DNA of 32,000 nucleotides from Breznakia sp. PF5-3 (GTDB lineage Bacteria; Bacillota_I; Bacilli_A; Erysipelotrichales; Erysipelotrichaceae): NCBI RefSeq assembly GCF_029504745.1, contig NZ_JAQFIQ010000023.1, positions 1 to 32,000 of the forward strand, read 5' to 3'. Shown piece by piece: positions 1 to 11,190 of this stretch (position 1 is its first letter; each line of letters starts with the position of its first letter). The notes under the pieces were generated by a model. It saw only the letters and a program-made list of their open reading frames with translations, ran no database searches and was not told where the DNA came from. The position numbers and the translations under genes were made by a program.

Positions 1-33
1 AAACGAATCTATTATCTATTAATTAGAGTGTAA

Positions 34-1548
<1,515 letters not shown>

Positions 1549-1550
1549 GA

Positions 1551-1581
1551 ATAGAAGACACATATGTGTCTTCTATGTTTT
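1551..1581 (+). terminator. Rho-independent terminator
   Basis: ATAGAAGACACA / TGTGTCTTCTAT inverted repeat followed by GTTTT, 3 nt after the stop codon. Confidence 0.75.
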
Positions 1582-1607
1582 GATAAGAAGGAGAAAATAA
1601 TGGATAG

Positions 1608-2195
1608 ATGAATATATCATTTTTAAAAAAAGTTTTATTCCTTAGTATGGGAGCAATAATTTTAGGTATTGGTATTGGTTTGGCTATTGTATCGGGACAT
1701 GGTGGAGATGCAATCTCTGTTTTTAGTGAGGGGTTGAGCGAAACTTTTAAGGTTACAATAGGAACGGCATCGATTGGGTTTTATATATTATTTATGATTC
1801 CTATGTTGGTTATCGATAGAAAGCAATTCGGGATAGGCACAATCGTATCCCCGTTCATATGTGCGATAACATTGGATTTGTTCTTAACCTATGTTTCTTT
1901 TGAAATGACTACCATAGAGACGGTATTGTGTATGGCTATTGGAATTGTTTTAATTGGAATCGGTATTGGCATATATGTTAGTGTTGAATTAGGACGTTCA
2001 AGTTATGATGCAATAATTTTGGCGATTAGTAAAAAATTAGGAAAACCATTATGGATAATAAAGAGTAGTGGCGATTTGATACTTTGTATTTTTGGATATA
2101 TGCTAGGCGGAACACTTGGCTTAGGACCAGTTTGTGCAGTTATCTTTATTGGACCAATTTTGGAAATGACACTTAAATTTATTGATTCAAAATAA
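1608..2195 (+). CDS. Polytopic membrane protein, YczE/YitT-like family (uncertain)
   Basis: 195-aa ORF with several hydrophobic Gly-rich helices (GIGIGLAIVSGHGGDAISVF, repeated GIGIGIYV). AAGGAG lies upstream. Confidence 0.6.
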   Translation: MNISFLKKVLFLSMGAIILGIGIGLAIVSGHGGDAISVFSEGLSETFKVTIGTASIGFYILFMIPMLVIDRKQFGIGTIVSPFICAITLDLFLTYVSFEMTTIETVLCMAIGIVLIGIGIGIYVSVELGRSSYDAIILAISKKLGKPLWIIKSSGDLILCIFGYMLGGTLGLGPVCAVIFIGPILEMTLKFIDSK

Positions 2196-2224
2196 GAAGC
2201 ATGAAATATCATGCTTTTTGTTTT
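2196..2224 (+). terminator. Rho-independent terminator
   Basis: AAGCATGA-AATA-TCATGCTT hairpin followed by a T-run. Confidence 0.75.
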
Positions 2225-2259
2225 GTGTAGTGTATATGGCAGGGATATTTTATGAAAAT

Positions 2260-2288
2260 TTAGACGTATATATTATTTATGATATAAT
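2260..2288 (+). promoter_or_regulatory. Sigma-A-type promoter (TTAGAC-17-TGaTATAAT)
   Basis: -35 TTAGAC 2260-2265, 17-nt spacer, extended -10 TGATATAAT ending 2288, 20 nt upstream of ATG 2309. Confidence 0.45.
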
Positions 2289-2308
2289 AAGTTGGCGAGG
2301 AGAAACTT

Positions 2309-3538
2309 ATGCGACTATTGAAGAGTTTTTTTTATGACTTTAAAAATGTATTTACAATTGACGATAAACTGATTGTAATTTTAGCGGCATCGTTGTTTTT
2401 ACCGTTTCCAATAACCGTAGTAACAATTTTAGGTATTGGTATATATGTATTAGTAAAAAGTGATTTTAGAAGTAATTTGCGTAGTGTGAAACGCTCATAC
2501 ATTTTACTTTTATTTGCCTTGTATTTAATGGTTACTTCTTTAGTTAGCGGTAATTATTTAGGGTTGGCATTGGCTTTTGGTATGTTATTTTTATTTATTG
2601 TAGTTATCTATTATCGAAAATATATTCATAAAGAATTATTTGAGATTATCTTGGATGTAATGATTATCATGAGTATAATTTGTGTGGTTGTTGCAATTGG
2701 GGAACAATTTTATTATTTGAATACGGTAGAGAAGATGAGCAGTTTTTTTGATATTCAAAACAAGCCAGCACATCGGGTACATACGTTCTTCTTCAATGCG
2801 AATTATTATGCAATGATGATAGCGTTTATTGAAGTTGTTTGTATATATAAATATATTACGATTCCTAAAGCTAAAAAACGTATCGAGTATGTTTTAGCGG
2901 GCTTATTAAATTTATTTGCCTTGTTTTTGACGGGTGGAAGATTGGGCTGGCTTTGCATAGCACTTGCAGTCTTAATTATGATTCTTGTGAATCGATGGTA
3001 TAAAACGTTTATTGCAGCTTGTGCAGGAATTGGAGTAGGTGTAGGCGTATTATCTATGAAGCCTGGATTGATACCGCGTTTGGCAGAAAAGGGATTAGAT
3101 ATTGGTAGACGTGCACGTATTTATGAGGCGGCTCAAATGATGATGAAAGATACATGGATGTTTGGACGAGGTCCATTAACGTATTATTATTGTAATGCGG
3201 ATTACTATGATGCATATGTGAGTGAATATGGATCTTCCCATTTGAATAAGCTTGGTATTGATGCACCACATTCACATTCTATGTTTTTAGAACCATTTAT
3301 TTCTTTTGGGGTGATAGGTTCGGTTATTATAGGTTGGTATCTTATTAGTCAAGTGAAACGGATGATACGGTTGTTTACACGAAAAGTAGATATTGCACTT
3401 GGTTCTTTAATTTTAGGGTTTATAGTTGTTACGATTACTTTTTGTATCATTGATTTTCCGATTTTCTGGGTACAAACAGGTGGTTTGTTTCTGTTGGTTT
3501 TGGGATCAAGTGATATGTATAAAAAGGAAGTGGAATGA
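2309..3538 (+). CDS. O-antigen ligase/polymerase family membrane protein (Wzy_C-like)
   Basis: 409-aa polytopic membrane ORF. Central loop (TGGRLGWLCIALAV, FGRGPLTYYY, DAPHSHSMFLE) is typical of O-antigen ligase-like proteins. RBS GAGGAG. Confidence 0.7.
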   Translation: MRLLKSFFYDFKNVFTIDDKLIVILAASLFLPFPITVVTILGIGIYVLVKSDFRSNLRSVKRSYILLLFALYLMVTSLVSGNYLGLALAFGMLFLFIVVIYYRKYIHKELFEIILDVMIIMSIICVVVAIGEQFYYLNTVEKMSSFFDIQNKPAHRVHTFFFNANYYAMMIAFIEVVCIYKYITIPKAKKRIEYVLAGLLNLFALFLTGGRLGWLCIALAVLIMILVNRWYKTFIAACAGIGVGVGVLSMKPGLIPRLAEKGLDIGRRARIYEAAQMMMKDTWMFGRGPLTYYYCNADYYDAYVSEYGSSHLNKLGIDAPHSHSMFLEPFISFGVIGSVIIGWYLISQVKRMIRLFTRKVDIALGSLILGFIVVTITFCIIDFPIFWVQTGGLFLLVLGSSDMYKKEVE

Positions 3539-3738
3539 TGAGCGTTGTTGACTTTGTTGAATACTTTGTATATTTTACAAGTTTTGGCTTGTGTATGTAT
3601 GCATTGAGCAGTGTAAAGTTTGATAAATTTACACATGTGAGTAATCCTTTAAAAGTTCAATTGCTTTGGATTTTATTGGCAACAGGTTTAGCATATATAG
3701 TTTCGCAGTTCATTTTTGCATTAACAATTTATAGTTAA
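3535..3738 (+). CDS. DUF1146 (YwzB-like) small membrane protein
   Basis: 67 aa with two TM helices. Start overlaps the upstream stop (ATGATG). The pattern ALSSVKFDKF...VQLLWILLATGLAYIVSQF resembles the Bacillus YwzB/DUF1146 family. Confidence 0.55.
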   Translation: MMSVVDFVEYFVYFTSFGLCMYALSSVKFDKFTHVSNPLKVQLLWILLATGLAYIVSQFIFALTIYS

Positions 3739-3765
3739 AAAGTGCATAATATTATAACAAAATCT

Positions 3766-3805
3766 AAGAGACTGATGAGGACGAGAAAACCTTACAGTCT
3801 TTTTT
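3766..3805 (+). terminator. Rho-independent terminator
   Basis: AAGAGACTG ... CAGTCTTTT stem followed by a T-run. Confidence 0.6.
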
Positions 3806-3883
3806 ATGAAAATGTTTAATTTTTGATAATTCGTGCTATAATGTAAAAGCGTAATTATAAAAATAGAAAGTGAGGAAGTGTAG

Positions 3884-4873
3884 ATGTTTTTTACAAAAGA
3901 AGTTGGAATCGATTTAGGTACAGCAAATTTACTGATTTATGTAAAAGGAGAAGGAATCGTAGTTGATGAACCTTCCGTTGTAGCTATCGACGCAGATACA
4001 AAGAAATGTTTAGCCGCTGGAGAAGAGGCAAAAGATATGTTGGGAAGAACACCAGGAAGAGTTTTGGCAATTCGTCCATTGAAAGGTGGAGTTATTGCGG
4101 ATTTTGAAGTTACCGAAATCATGTTGAACTATTTCCTTAAAAAGATTAATATTAAAGGACTTTTTAATCGTCCTACAATTTTAATCTGTTGTCCTTCTAA
4201 TATTACTAGTGTAGAAAGAAATGCGATTAGAGACTGTGCATATCGTGCAGGAGCAAAGAAAGTGTATATTGAAGAAGAACCAAAGGTTGCTGCTGTTGGT
4301 GCTGGTTTGGATATCAGTAAACCAAGTGGATGTATGGTTTTAGATATAGGTGGTGGTACTACCGATATTGCTGTGTTATCTCTTGGCGAAATTGTTACTT
4401 CTTCATCTTTAAAAATAGCAGGAGATACACTTGATAAAGATATTATCAAATACGTAAAAGAAAATAAAAAATTATTAGTAGGTGAAAGAACTGCTGAAAA
4501 TATTAAAACCGAAGTTGGTACAGCATGGGCAAAGTCTAGAAATGAAACGATTGAAGTTAGTGGTCGTGATTTAGTGACTGGTTTGCCACATAAAGTTACG
4601 TTGACAAGTGCTGAAACAGAAGTTGCATTGCGTGAAAGTTTGCAACAAATCGTTGCTGCATGTAAAACAGTGCTTGAACAAACGCCTCCAGAGTTATCAA
4701 GTGATATTGTGACACGTGGAATTATTATTACAGGTGGTGGAGCATTGCTTCATGGATTGGATGAACTTTTATCAAATGAATTGAATGTTCCAGTTTATGT
4801 TGCTGAAAATGCACTTAGCTGTGTAGCAGAAGGTTGTGGAGTATTGTTAGAAAATTTGAATTTAGTTCGATAA
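3884..4873 (+). CDS. mreB: Rod-shape-determining actin homolog MreB/Mbl
   Basis: 329 aa. Motifs GIDLGTANLLIY, DEPSVVA, VLDIGGGTTDIAV, GIIITGGGALL. RBS GTGAGGAAG. Confidence 0.93.
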   Translation: MFFTKEVGIDLGTANLLIYVKGEGIVVDEPSVVAIDADTKKCLAAGEEAKDMLGRTPGRVLAIRPLKGGVIADFEVTEIMLNYFLKKINIKGLFNRPTILICCPSNITSVERNAIRDCAYRAGAKKVYIEEEPKVAAVGAGLDISKPSGCMVLDIGGGTTDIAVLSLGEIVTSSSLKIAGDTLDKDIIKYVKENKKLLVGERTAENIKTEVGTAWAKSRNETIEVSGRDLVTGLPHKVTLTSAETEVALRESLQQIVAACKTVLEQTPPELSSDIVTRGIIITGGGALLHGLDELLSNELNVPVYVAENALSCVAEGCGVLLENLNLVR

Positions 4874-4887
4874 GGTGAGGTGAGATT

Positions 4888-5946
4888 ATGCAATGGTTTG
4901 CATACTTTGTTGTTCCCTTAATCATATCTGTAATATTGACGCCAATTGTTAATTGGATAGCGTTAAAATTAGATATATATGCTCACACAAATGAAAGAAC
5001 AATACATAAAGGTAAAATTGTACGTATTGGTGGTGTTGCCATTTATGTTGCTTTTATCTTAGCTATGACATATTTTTCAGATGGTATTGATAATGCAATC
5101 CAAGGGTTGTTAATTGGTTCTGCAATTATGTTTTTAGGAGGTTTGATTGACGATATCGTTGATTTAAATCCTCTTTTAAAATTAGCATTTCAATTTGCTG
5201 CAGCATTTGTTCTTATTCAAATTGGTGGAGTAGAGTTGGGAACTATCCATTTACCATTTAATATCGTTATTGATATGGGGATTATTTCCTTATTAATCAC
5301 GTTTGTTTGGGTCATTGGAATAACAAATGCAATAAACTTAATTGATGGTTTAGATGGTTTAGCTGGTGGTGTTAGTACAATCGTATTATTGACAATCGCG
5401 GCAATTTCCATTGCTGATGATCGAGCGGATATTGCAATGATAAGTTTAATTGTTGCAGGTGCAACATTGGGATTTTTATTTTTTAATTTTCATCCAGCAA
5501 AGTTATTTATGGGTGATTGTGGTGCACTTTTTTTAGGATTTGTTGTTGCCGCAATCTCGCTCATGGGATTTAAAGGATCTACATTCATTACATTAGGTTT
5601 TCCAATGTTACTTTTGGCGGTGCCAATTATTGATACGATTAGTGCAATGTTACGGAGACTCTTAGGCGGAAAACGATTTACGGATGCTGATAAAGGGCAT
5701 CTTCATCATGTGCTCATGAAACGTTTTGGACATCGGAATACCGTGTTTATTATCTATGCAATTACAATAGCTTTTGGAGTGAGTGCGTATATTTATATTT
5801 CAAATAAGACGATTGGACTTGCTTGTGTAGCGGGTTTATTTGTAGGATTAGAAATATTCGTTGAAAAAACACATATGATATCGAATAATTTTCACCCATT
5901 GACATCATTATATAGATTAATATTTAGAAAAGAAGATAAAGAATAA
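4888..5946 (+). CDS. MraY/WecA/TagO-family polyprenyl-phosphate N-acetylhexosamine-1-phosphate transferase
   Basis: 352-aa polytopic membrane protein. GT4 motifs GLIDD, NAINLIDGLDGLA, FMGDCGALFLG. RBS GGTGAGGTGAG. Confidence 0.85.
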   Translation: MQWFAYFVVPLIISVILTPIVNWIALKLDIYAHTNERTIHKGKIVRIGGVAIYVAFILAMTYFSDGIDNAIQGLLIGSAIMFLGGLIDDIVDLNPLLKLAFQFAAAFVLIQIGGVELGTIHLPFNIVIDMGIISLLITFVWVIGITNAINLIDGLDGLAGGVSTIVLLTIAAISIADDRADIAMISLIVAGATLGFLFFNFHPAKLFMGDCGALFLGFVVAAISLMGFKGSTFITLGFPMLLLAVPIIDTISAMLRRLLGGKRFTDADKGHLHHVLMKRFGHRNTVFIIYAITIAFGVSAYIYISNKTIGLACVAGLFVGLEIFVEKTHMISNNFHPLTSLYRLIFRKEDKE

Positions 5947-5971
5947 GGTTGCTTAACGTTATTCTTTTTTT
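5938..5971 (+). terminator. Rho-independent terminator overlapping the stop codon
   Basis: AAAGAATAA ... TTATTCTTT stem followed by TTTTT. Confidence 0.6.
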
Positions 5972-5984
5972 ATATAATAAGGAT

Positions 5985-6737
5985 ATGAAGAAAATATTTA
6001 TAATAGCACTTGTTGCCTTTTCTTGTATTGCATGTAGTTCAGATTCGGATCCTGTTGATCCAGGTGTATCGAATGTAGAGTTATATGATGAAGTTGCAGC
6101 ATATGAAGCAAAAATGAAAACACTAGACAGTTATAAAATCAGAAAAACAGAAGATGTGGAAGTTCCAGTTTGTGGAGCAGAAGAAATTAGTGTAAAGAAA
6201 GAAAATACAAATCCAAGGGAGTATCAAGTTATAAAAGATGGTGATGATATTGCATACTTTTGGAAGCAAAAGCAAGAACAAGAAATTCAATATCGTATAA
6301 TTTATTATAAGAATGGTAGCTTTTATGAGGAATTCACACAGATGAGTGGTTCAGTAAATCTATTACCTGATTGGAGTAAAGAACAAAATGATACATTGAT
6401 AATGGATAAAGTATTTCATGAAATTGATACGACTTATTTTACAGTAGATGTGAAGGAGGAAGAGGGGAACAAAGTTTATACATTTACGCTAAAAGATGCA
6501 GATGGGTATAATAAAAAATATAACACAGATCGTGATTCTACTTGTGGAATTAAAGGTGACTATGTTGGACAAAAATTTGAATTAAAAGTAAACAAAGATG
6601 GATATATAGTAGAAGAAACAGTAGAAGAGACGGTAAAATATAAGTATAACGATCAAGTGCATGAACGATTAAATACAGTGAAGTATGAGTTTTATGATTT
6701 GAATGTACCAAATGAAATTAATTTCTATTTCTTATAA
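5985..6737 (+). CDS. Secreted protein or lipoprotein of unknown function
   Basis: The tracked ORF starts at an alternative codon (5949). The internal ATG 5985 gives MKKIFIIALVAFSCIACSS, a signal peptide with Cys. Confidence 0.6.
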   Translation: MKKIFIIALVAFSCIACSSDSDPVDPGVSNVELYDEVAAYEAKMKTLDSYKIRKTEDVEVPVCGAEEISVKKENTNPREYQVIKDGDDIAYFWKQKQEQEIQYRIIYYKNGSFYEEFTQMSGSVNLLPDWSKEQNDTLIMDKVFHEIDTTYFTVDVKEEEGNKVYTFTLKDADGYNKKYNTDRDSTCGIKGDYVGQKFELKVNKDGYIVEETVEETVKYKYNDQVHERLNTVKYEFYDLNVPNEINFYFL

Positions 6738-6765
6738 AAAGCAGAGAATACCCTTTGCTTTTTTT
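6737..6765 (+). terminator. Rho-independent terminator
   Basis: AAAAGCAGAG-AATACC-CTTTGCTTTT (one G-U pair) followed by a T-run. Confidence 0.7.
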
Positions 6766-6822
6766 AATTTCCTAGGAAATAGTTTCCCTTTTGTGTAATA
6801 AATTACTAGAAGGGGGATATGC

Positions 6823-7383
6823 ATGGAGATAGAAGAATTAAGTGTTTATCTAAAAGAAGGGAATTTACATAAGAAAGCAAAAGAACAATTGTATTGGCCA
6901 AATGTATGGAATATGTATATCGAAGAAACAACATCGGTATATAATTGTTTAACAACAAAAGAAGCATTGGTTAGAATGATATCAGAAGTGAATTTTAAAA
7001 ACCGCTCACAAGCGTCATCTTGTGAAGAATTGGGAGTTTGGATTCGTGTGGGTGATATTTGTTATATTGATTTTGGAATCAATTATATAAATGAAGCAGG
7101 ATTTCAACATTTTGGTGTAATCTTGGCAATTCGAAATAATAAGGTGTTGGTAGTACCTATGACGAGTAATGTGAAAGCGTATCGTGATGCACAAGGTAAT
7201 GATGGAAAAGGGCATTTGATGGCAATTGGTAAAATAGAAGGTATGCATCGAGAGTCGACATTATTTTTAAATGATTCAAAGTTTATTAATTCTGCTAGAA
7301 TTATCGATGTGAAGGCACATATTTCAACAAATAGTGAATTGTTTAAAAAAATAAAACAGCGATTTCACGAAATGATAGGATAA
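6823..7383 (+). CDS. PemK/MazF-fold protein with a ~70-aa N-terminal extension
   Basis: The C-terminal ~115 aa align by eye to MazF/EndoA: VGDICYIDFG...EAGFQHFGVILA...LVVPMTSN...STLFLNDSKFINSARI. RBS AAGGGGG. Confidence 0.6.
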   Translation: MEIEELSVYLKEGNLHKKAKEQLYWPNVWNMYIEETTSVYNCLTTKEALVRMISEVNFKNRSQASSCEELGVWIRVGDICYIDFGINYINEAGFQHFGVILAIRNNKVLVVPMTSNVKAYRDAQGNDGKGHLMAIGKIEGMHRESTLFLNDSKFINSARIIDVKAHISTNSELFKKIKQRFHEMIG

Positions 7384-7392
7384 TGATATAAT
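7364..7392 (+). promoter_or_regulatory. Promoter inside the 3' end of the upstream gene (TTCACG-17-TGaTATAAT); would give a leaderless tilS mRNA
   Basis: -35 TTCACG 7364-7369, 17-nt spacer, TG 7384-7385, TATAAT 7387-7392. ATG of tilS lies 7 nt downstream and has no Shine-Dalgarno. Confidence 0.4.
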
Positions 7393-7398
7393 ACTTAC

Positions 7399-8613
7399 AT
7401 GAAAAAAATGGCTGGTACATGGGTCGTAGCTGTATCTGGTGGATCAGACTCAATGGCCTTACTTGATATGTGTTATCAAGCAAAGATGGATATTGTTGTC
7501 GCTCATGTAAATTATCAAAAAAGAAGCAGTGCTTCACGTGATGAAAAAGGGGTTGAAAGCTATTGCTGGAAGCGGGGAATCCCTTTTTTTAAGCATGTGG
7601 TAGAACACTATGATAGTGGTAATTTTCAAGCACAAGCTAGAAAGATACGGTATTCTTTTTTTAAGGAAATAATAGAGCAAGTACATGCAAAAGGTGTTTT
7701 GGTAGCGCATCATTTGGATGATGTCTTAGAAACTTATATAATGCAAAAGAAGCGTAAAAGTATTCCTGAATATTATGGAATCAAGGATGAAGTAATTATT
7801 TATGGCGTGATGGTAAAGCGATTGCTTTTATCTTATAACAAAAAGGAGTTAGAGATGTATTGCGATGAACATGCTGTTCCTTATTTTTATGATGAATCCA
7901 ACGATAGTGATGTGTATACAAGAAATAGAGTTCGTCATGAACAAATCGTGCAAATGAATGTTAATGATAAGGAAAATATGTTGAAATGTATATGCAAGGA
8001 AAATTTACAATTGCAAAAAAATCGAGAAAAGGTTATGGAGGCTTATAAAGATAACGATGGTAGGTTAATAATATCTCATATTATGTCGTATCCAAAAGCT
8101 TTTAGTTTGGATTATTTGCGTTATTGGATAGTGATGAAAACGGGTATTAAAAAGGTATCAAGGAAAACGTTAGAAGCTATTTATAACAATATGGAGAAAT
8201 CAAAAAATTGGACTTATCCATTGTCTGATATATATCAACTTTGTTGTGATTATGGAGAGGTAACAATTGAAAAACGAGAAGCTTTAGGTTTTTCTTATCA
8301 GTTTACAAAATTAGAATATATAGAGACATCATATTTTAAAATATGTCAAAAAGGTGAAAAGATTGAAGGGGTTTTGGTTGATGATAAAGATTTTCCAATT
8401 ACGATTCGAAATTATCGTCCAGGTGATAGAATAAGCCTTCGTTATGGAAGTAAAAAAGTGTCAAGATTTTTAATTGATCGCAAAATTTCTCGAAAAGAGC
8501 GTCAATTATGGCCTGTTTTAGTCAACAATATGGGAGAAATTATTTTTGTTTGTGGGATTGGGTGTGATATCGCACATTATGGTAACAATTTTAATATGTT
8601 TGTGGTAAAATAG
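7399..8613 (+). CDS. tilS: tRNA(Ile)-lysidine synthetase
   Basis: PP-loop VAVSGGSDSMALL and HHLDD motif. Followed by hpt and ftsH, as in Bacillus synteny. Confidence 0.9.
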   Translation: MKKMAGTWVVAVSGGSDSMALLDMCYQAKMDIVVAHVNYQKRSSASRDEKGVESYCWKRGIPFFKHVVEHYDSGNFQAQARKIRYSFFKEIIEQVHAKGVLVAHHLDDVLETYIMQKKRKSIPEYYGIKDEVIIYGVMVKRLLLSYNKKELEMYCDEHAVPYFYDESNDSDVYTRNRVRHEQIVQMNVNDKENMLKCICKENLQLQKNREKVMEAYKDNDGRLIISHIMSYPKAFSLDYLRYWIVMKTGIKKVSRKTLEAIYNNMEKSKNWTYPLSDIYQLCCDYGEVTIEKREALGFSYQFTKLEYIETSYFKICQKGEKIEGVLVDDKDFPITIRNYRPGDRISLRYGSKKVSRFLIDRKISRKERQLWPVLVNNMGEIIFVCGIGCDIAHYGNNFNMFVVK

Positions 8614-8638
8614 GTTTATTGTTTAGGAGGATTTTTTA

Positions 8639-9178
8639 ATGCATAAAGATGTTGCTGAAATCTTAGTTACAAGAGAAGAAATACATGCGAAATGTATTGA
8701 GTTAGGAAAACAGATTACAGAAGATTATAAAAGCAAGGGAGAAATACCTTTGGTAGTAGGTTTGCTTAGTGGCTCTGTACCATTTATGAGTGAGCTTATG
8801 AAAAATATTGGCTTGGATATTTGCATTGATTTTATGGATGTTTCAAGCTATGATGGAACAACTTCGGTTGGTTCAATTAGAATTGATAAGGATTTATCAA
8901 ATTCAGCAGCAGGTCGTTCGATCTTGTTAGTAGAAGATATTATCGATACAGGAAAGACACTTACTGAAGTAAAGAGAATGTTGGAAAACAAAGGCGCAGT
9001 AGATGTGAAGGTTGTTTCAATGTTAGATAAACCTGAACGCCGTACAGAAGATATAGAAGCTGACTATGTTGGTTTCACAATTAAAAATGAATTCGTCATT
9101 GGGTATGGTTTAGATTACAATCAAAAATATCGAAACCTTCCTTATGTTGGGATATTAAAAAAAGAGGTTTATGAATAA
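8639..9178 (+). CDS. hpt: Hypoxanthine(-guanine) phosphoribosyltransferase
   Basis: 179 aa. PRPP-binding loop LLVEDIIDTGKTL. RBS AGGAGG. Confidence 0.93.
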   Translation: MHKDVAEILVTREEIHAKCIELGKQITEDYKSKGEIPLVVGLLSGSVPFMSELMKNIGLDICIDFMDVSSYDGTTSVGSIRIDKDLSNSAAGRSILLVEDIIDTGKTLTEVKRMLENKGAVDVKVVSMLDKPERRTEDIEADYVGFTIKNEFVIGYGLDYNQKYRNLPYVGILKKEVYE

Positions 9179-9193
9179 TAGGAGGAGTCGTTC

Positions 9194-11101
9194 ATGAAAA
9201 ATAAAAAAGGGCCTTTATTGTTGTTGCCTTACCTTGTATTATTGGCGCTTCTTGGAATGCTGTTTACATTAAATGAAACTTCTAATACAAAAGAGTTTAC
9301 ATATAATGAGTTTGCTAAAAAAGCAGAAAAGATGGATTTCAAAGATGTAGAAATGGGTATTGGTGAGGTTGTTATTGATGTAAATGGTAAATACGTCAAC
9401 AAAGATAAGAAAGAAACTAGTTTTAAGGTTACTATTCCTAAAACAGATAAAAATATAGCATGGCTTCAAGATGTTTTAGATGATGGGAAAAATAAAGTTT
9501 CAGTTTATGAGCCAAGTAACGAAAATGTATTTTTAAGTTTATTTGTTAACTTTTTTCCAATAATTTTATTTGGAATTATGATATTCTTCATGTTTAGCAA
9601 AATGGGTGGTGGAAATCAAAATAAAGCATTTGAGTTCGCCAAATCACGTGCTAAGATTCAAGGAAACATCAAAACACGTTTTAATGATGTTGCTGGAGCA
9701 GATGAAGAAAAAGAAGAAGTTAAAGAGATTATTGATTACTTGAAAAGTCCAAAGAAATTCTCTGACATGGGAGCTAAGATACCAAAAGGTATGTTGATGG
9801 TAGGTCCTCCAGGTACTGGGAAAACATTGTTGGCGAAAGCAGTTGCTGGGGAAGCGGATGTTCCGTTCTTCTCAATTTCAGGATCTGACTTCGTAGAAAT
9901 GTTTGTTGGTACTGGGGCAAGTCGTGTAAGAGATATGTTTAAAAAAGCAAAACAAGCTGCACCATGTATCGTATTTATTGATGAAATCGATGCTGTAGGA
10001 CGACAACGTGGAGCAGGTATGGGTGGAGGAAACGATGAACGTGAACAAACCCTAAACCAATTGCTTGTTGAAATGGATGGTATGGAAGAAAATGTTGGTA
10101 TTGTAGTTATTGCTGCAACCAACCGTCCGGATGTATTGGACCCTGCACTTTTGAGAAGTGGACGTTTTGACCGTCAAATTACGGTAAGTCTTCCAGATAA
10201 AAAAGGAAGAACAGAAATTTTGAAGGTACATGCACGTGGTAAGAAATTAGCTAAGAATGTAACTTTAGAAAATTTAGCAAAACGTACACCTGGATTTAGT
10301 GGTGCAGATTTAGCCAATGTTTTAAACGAAGGTGCAATTTTGGCAGTTCGTGATAAACGTAAAGAAATAACAATGGAAGATCTTGATGAAGCAATCGATA
10401 GAGTTATGATGGGACCAGCTAAGAAATCTAAGAAATATACGGATTCTGACAAACAGTTGGTTGCATATCATGAAGCTGGACATGCAGTTATTGGAATTAA
10501 GTTGGAAGATGCTGATATGGTACAGAAAGTTACAATTATCCCTCGTGGTGAAGCTGGTGGATATAACTTGATGACACCAAGAGAAGAAAAATACTTTCAT
10601 CGCAAAAAAGAGTATATGGCACAGATTACTGGTTTGCTTGGCGGACGTGTATCAGAAGAGCTTGTATTTGGAGAGATTAGTGCTGGTGCAGTAAATGATA
10701 TTGAGCGAATTACAAAGATTGCTAAGAATATGGTACGTGTATTTGGGATGTCGTCTTTAGGACCAATTCAATATGCAGATGCACAAGGAAATGTATTCTT
10801 GGGTAGAGATTATAATAGTGGTAATGCGTATTCAGGTGAGGTAGCATTTGAGATTGATAAAGAAGTTAGAAAGATTGTAAATGAATGTCATGAGCAATGT
10901 AAGAAAATTCTTACAGAAAATCGCAGCTTACTTGATTTAATCGCAAAGACACTTATTGAAGAAGAAACGCTTACAAATGAACAAATCAATAATTTGGTAG
11001 AACATGGAACAATTGATTCTCCAGAATCAAAAAAAGAAGATAAGGAAATTCCTACTTCAACAAGCCAAATCATTGGTGATGTAATCGATGAAAATGAATA
11101 A
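9194..11101 (+). CDS. ftsH: ATP-dependent zinc metalloprotease FtsH
   Basis: Two N-terminal TM segments, Walker A GPPGTGKT, Walker [12 protein letters not shown] region, HEAGHA zinc motif. Confidence 0.97.
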   Translation: MKNKKGPLLLLPYLVLLALLGMLFTLNETSNTKEFTYNEFAKKAEKMDFKDVEMGIGEVVIDVNGKYVNKDKKETSFKVTIPKTDKNIAWLQDVLDDGKNKVSVYEPSNENVFLSLFVNFFPIILFGIMIFFMFSKMGGGNQNKAFEFAKSRAKIQGNIKTRFNDVAGADEEKEEVKEIIDYLKSPKKFSDMGAKIPKGMLMVGPPGTGKTLLAKAVAGEADVPFFSISGSDFVEMFVGTGASRVRDMFKKAKQAAPCIVFIDEIDAVGRQRGAGMGGGNDEREQTLNQLLVEMDGMEENVGIVVIAATNRPDVLDPALLRSGRFDRQITVSLPDKKGRTEILKVHARGKKLAKNVTLENLAKRTPGFSGADLANVLNEGAILAVRDKRKEITMEDLDEAIDRVMMGPAKKSKKYTDSDKQLVAYHEAGHAVIGIKLEDADMVQKVTIIPRGEAGGYNLMTPREEKYFHRKKEYMAQITGLLGGRVSEELVFGEISAGAVNDIERITKIAKNMVRVFGMSSLGPIQYADAQGNVFLGRDYNSGNAYSGEVAFEIDKEVRKIVNECHEQCKKILTENRSLLDLIAKTLIEEETLTNEQINNLVEHGTIDSPESKKEDKEIPTSTSQIIGDVIDENE

Positions 11102-11111
11102 TAACAAAACA

Positions 11112-11149
11112 AACAGCACATGTCATTAGACAGGTGCTGTTACCTTTTA
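11112..11149 (+). terminator. Rho-independent terminator
   Basis: AACAGCACATGTC-ATTA-GACAGGTGCTGTT followed by ACCTTTT. Confidence 0.7.
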
Positions 11150-11190
11150 TATAGAATATGATATAATGACGAAGATTAAAGAGGTGGAAT

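Noticed and set aside
9269-11121. Five minus-strand ORFs (66-128 aa) inside ftsH. Similar antisense ORFs lie inside other genes (e.g. 136..348, 4129..4449, 27652..27987, 29245..29598, 30746..31045).
   Set aside because: They are fully nested antisense to strongly supported conserved genes, lack RBSs and have low-complexity translations. These are typical shadow ORFs.
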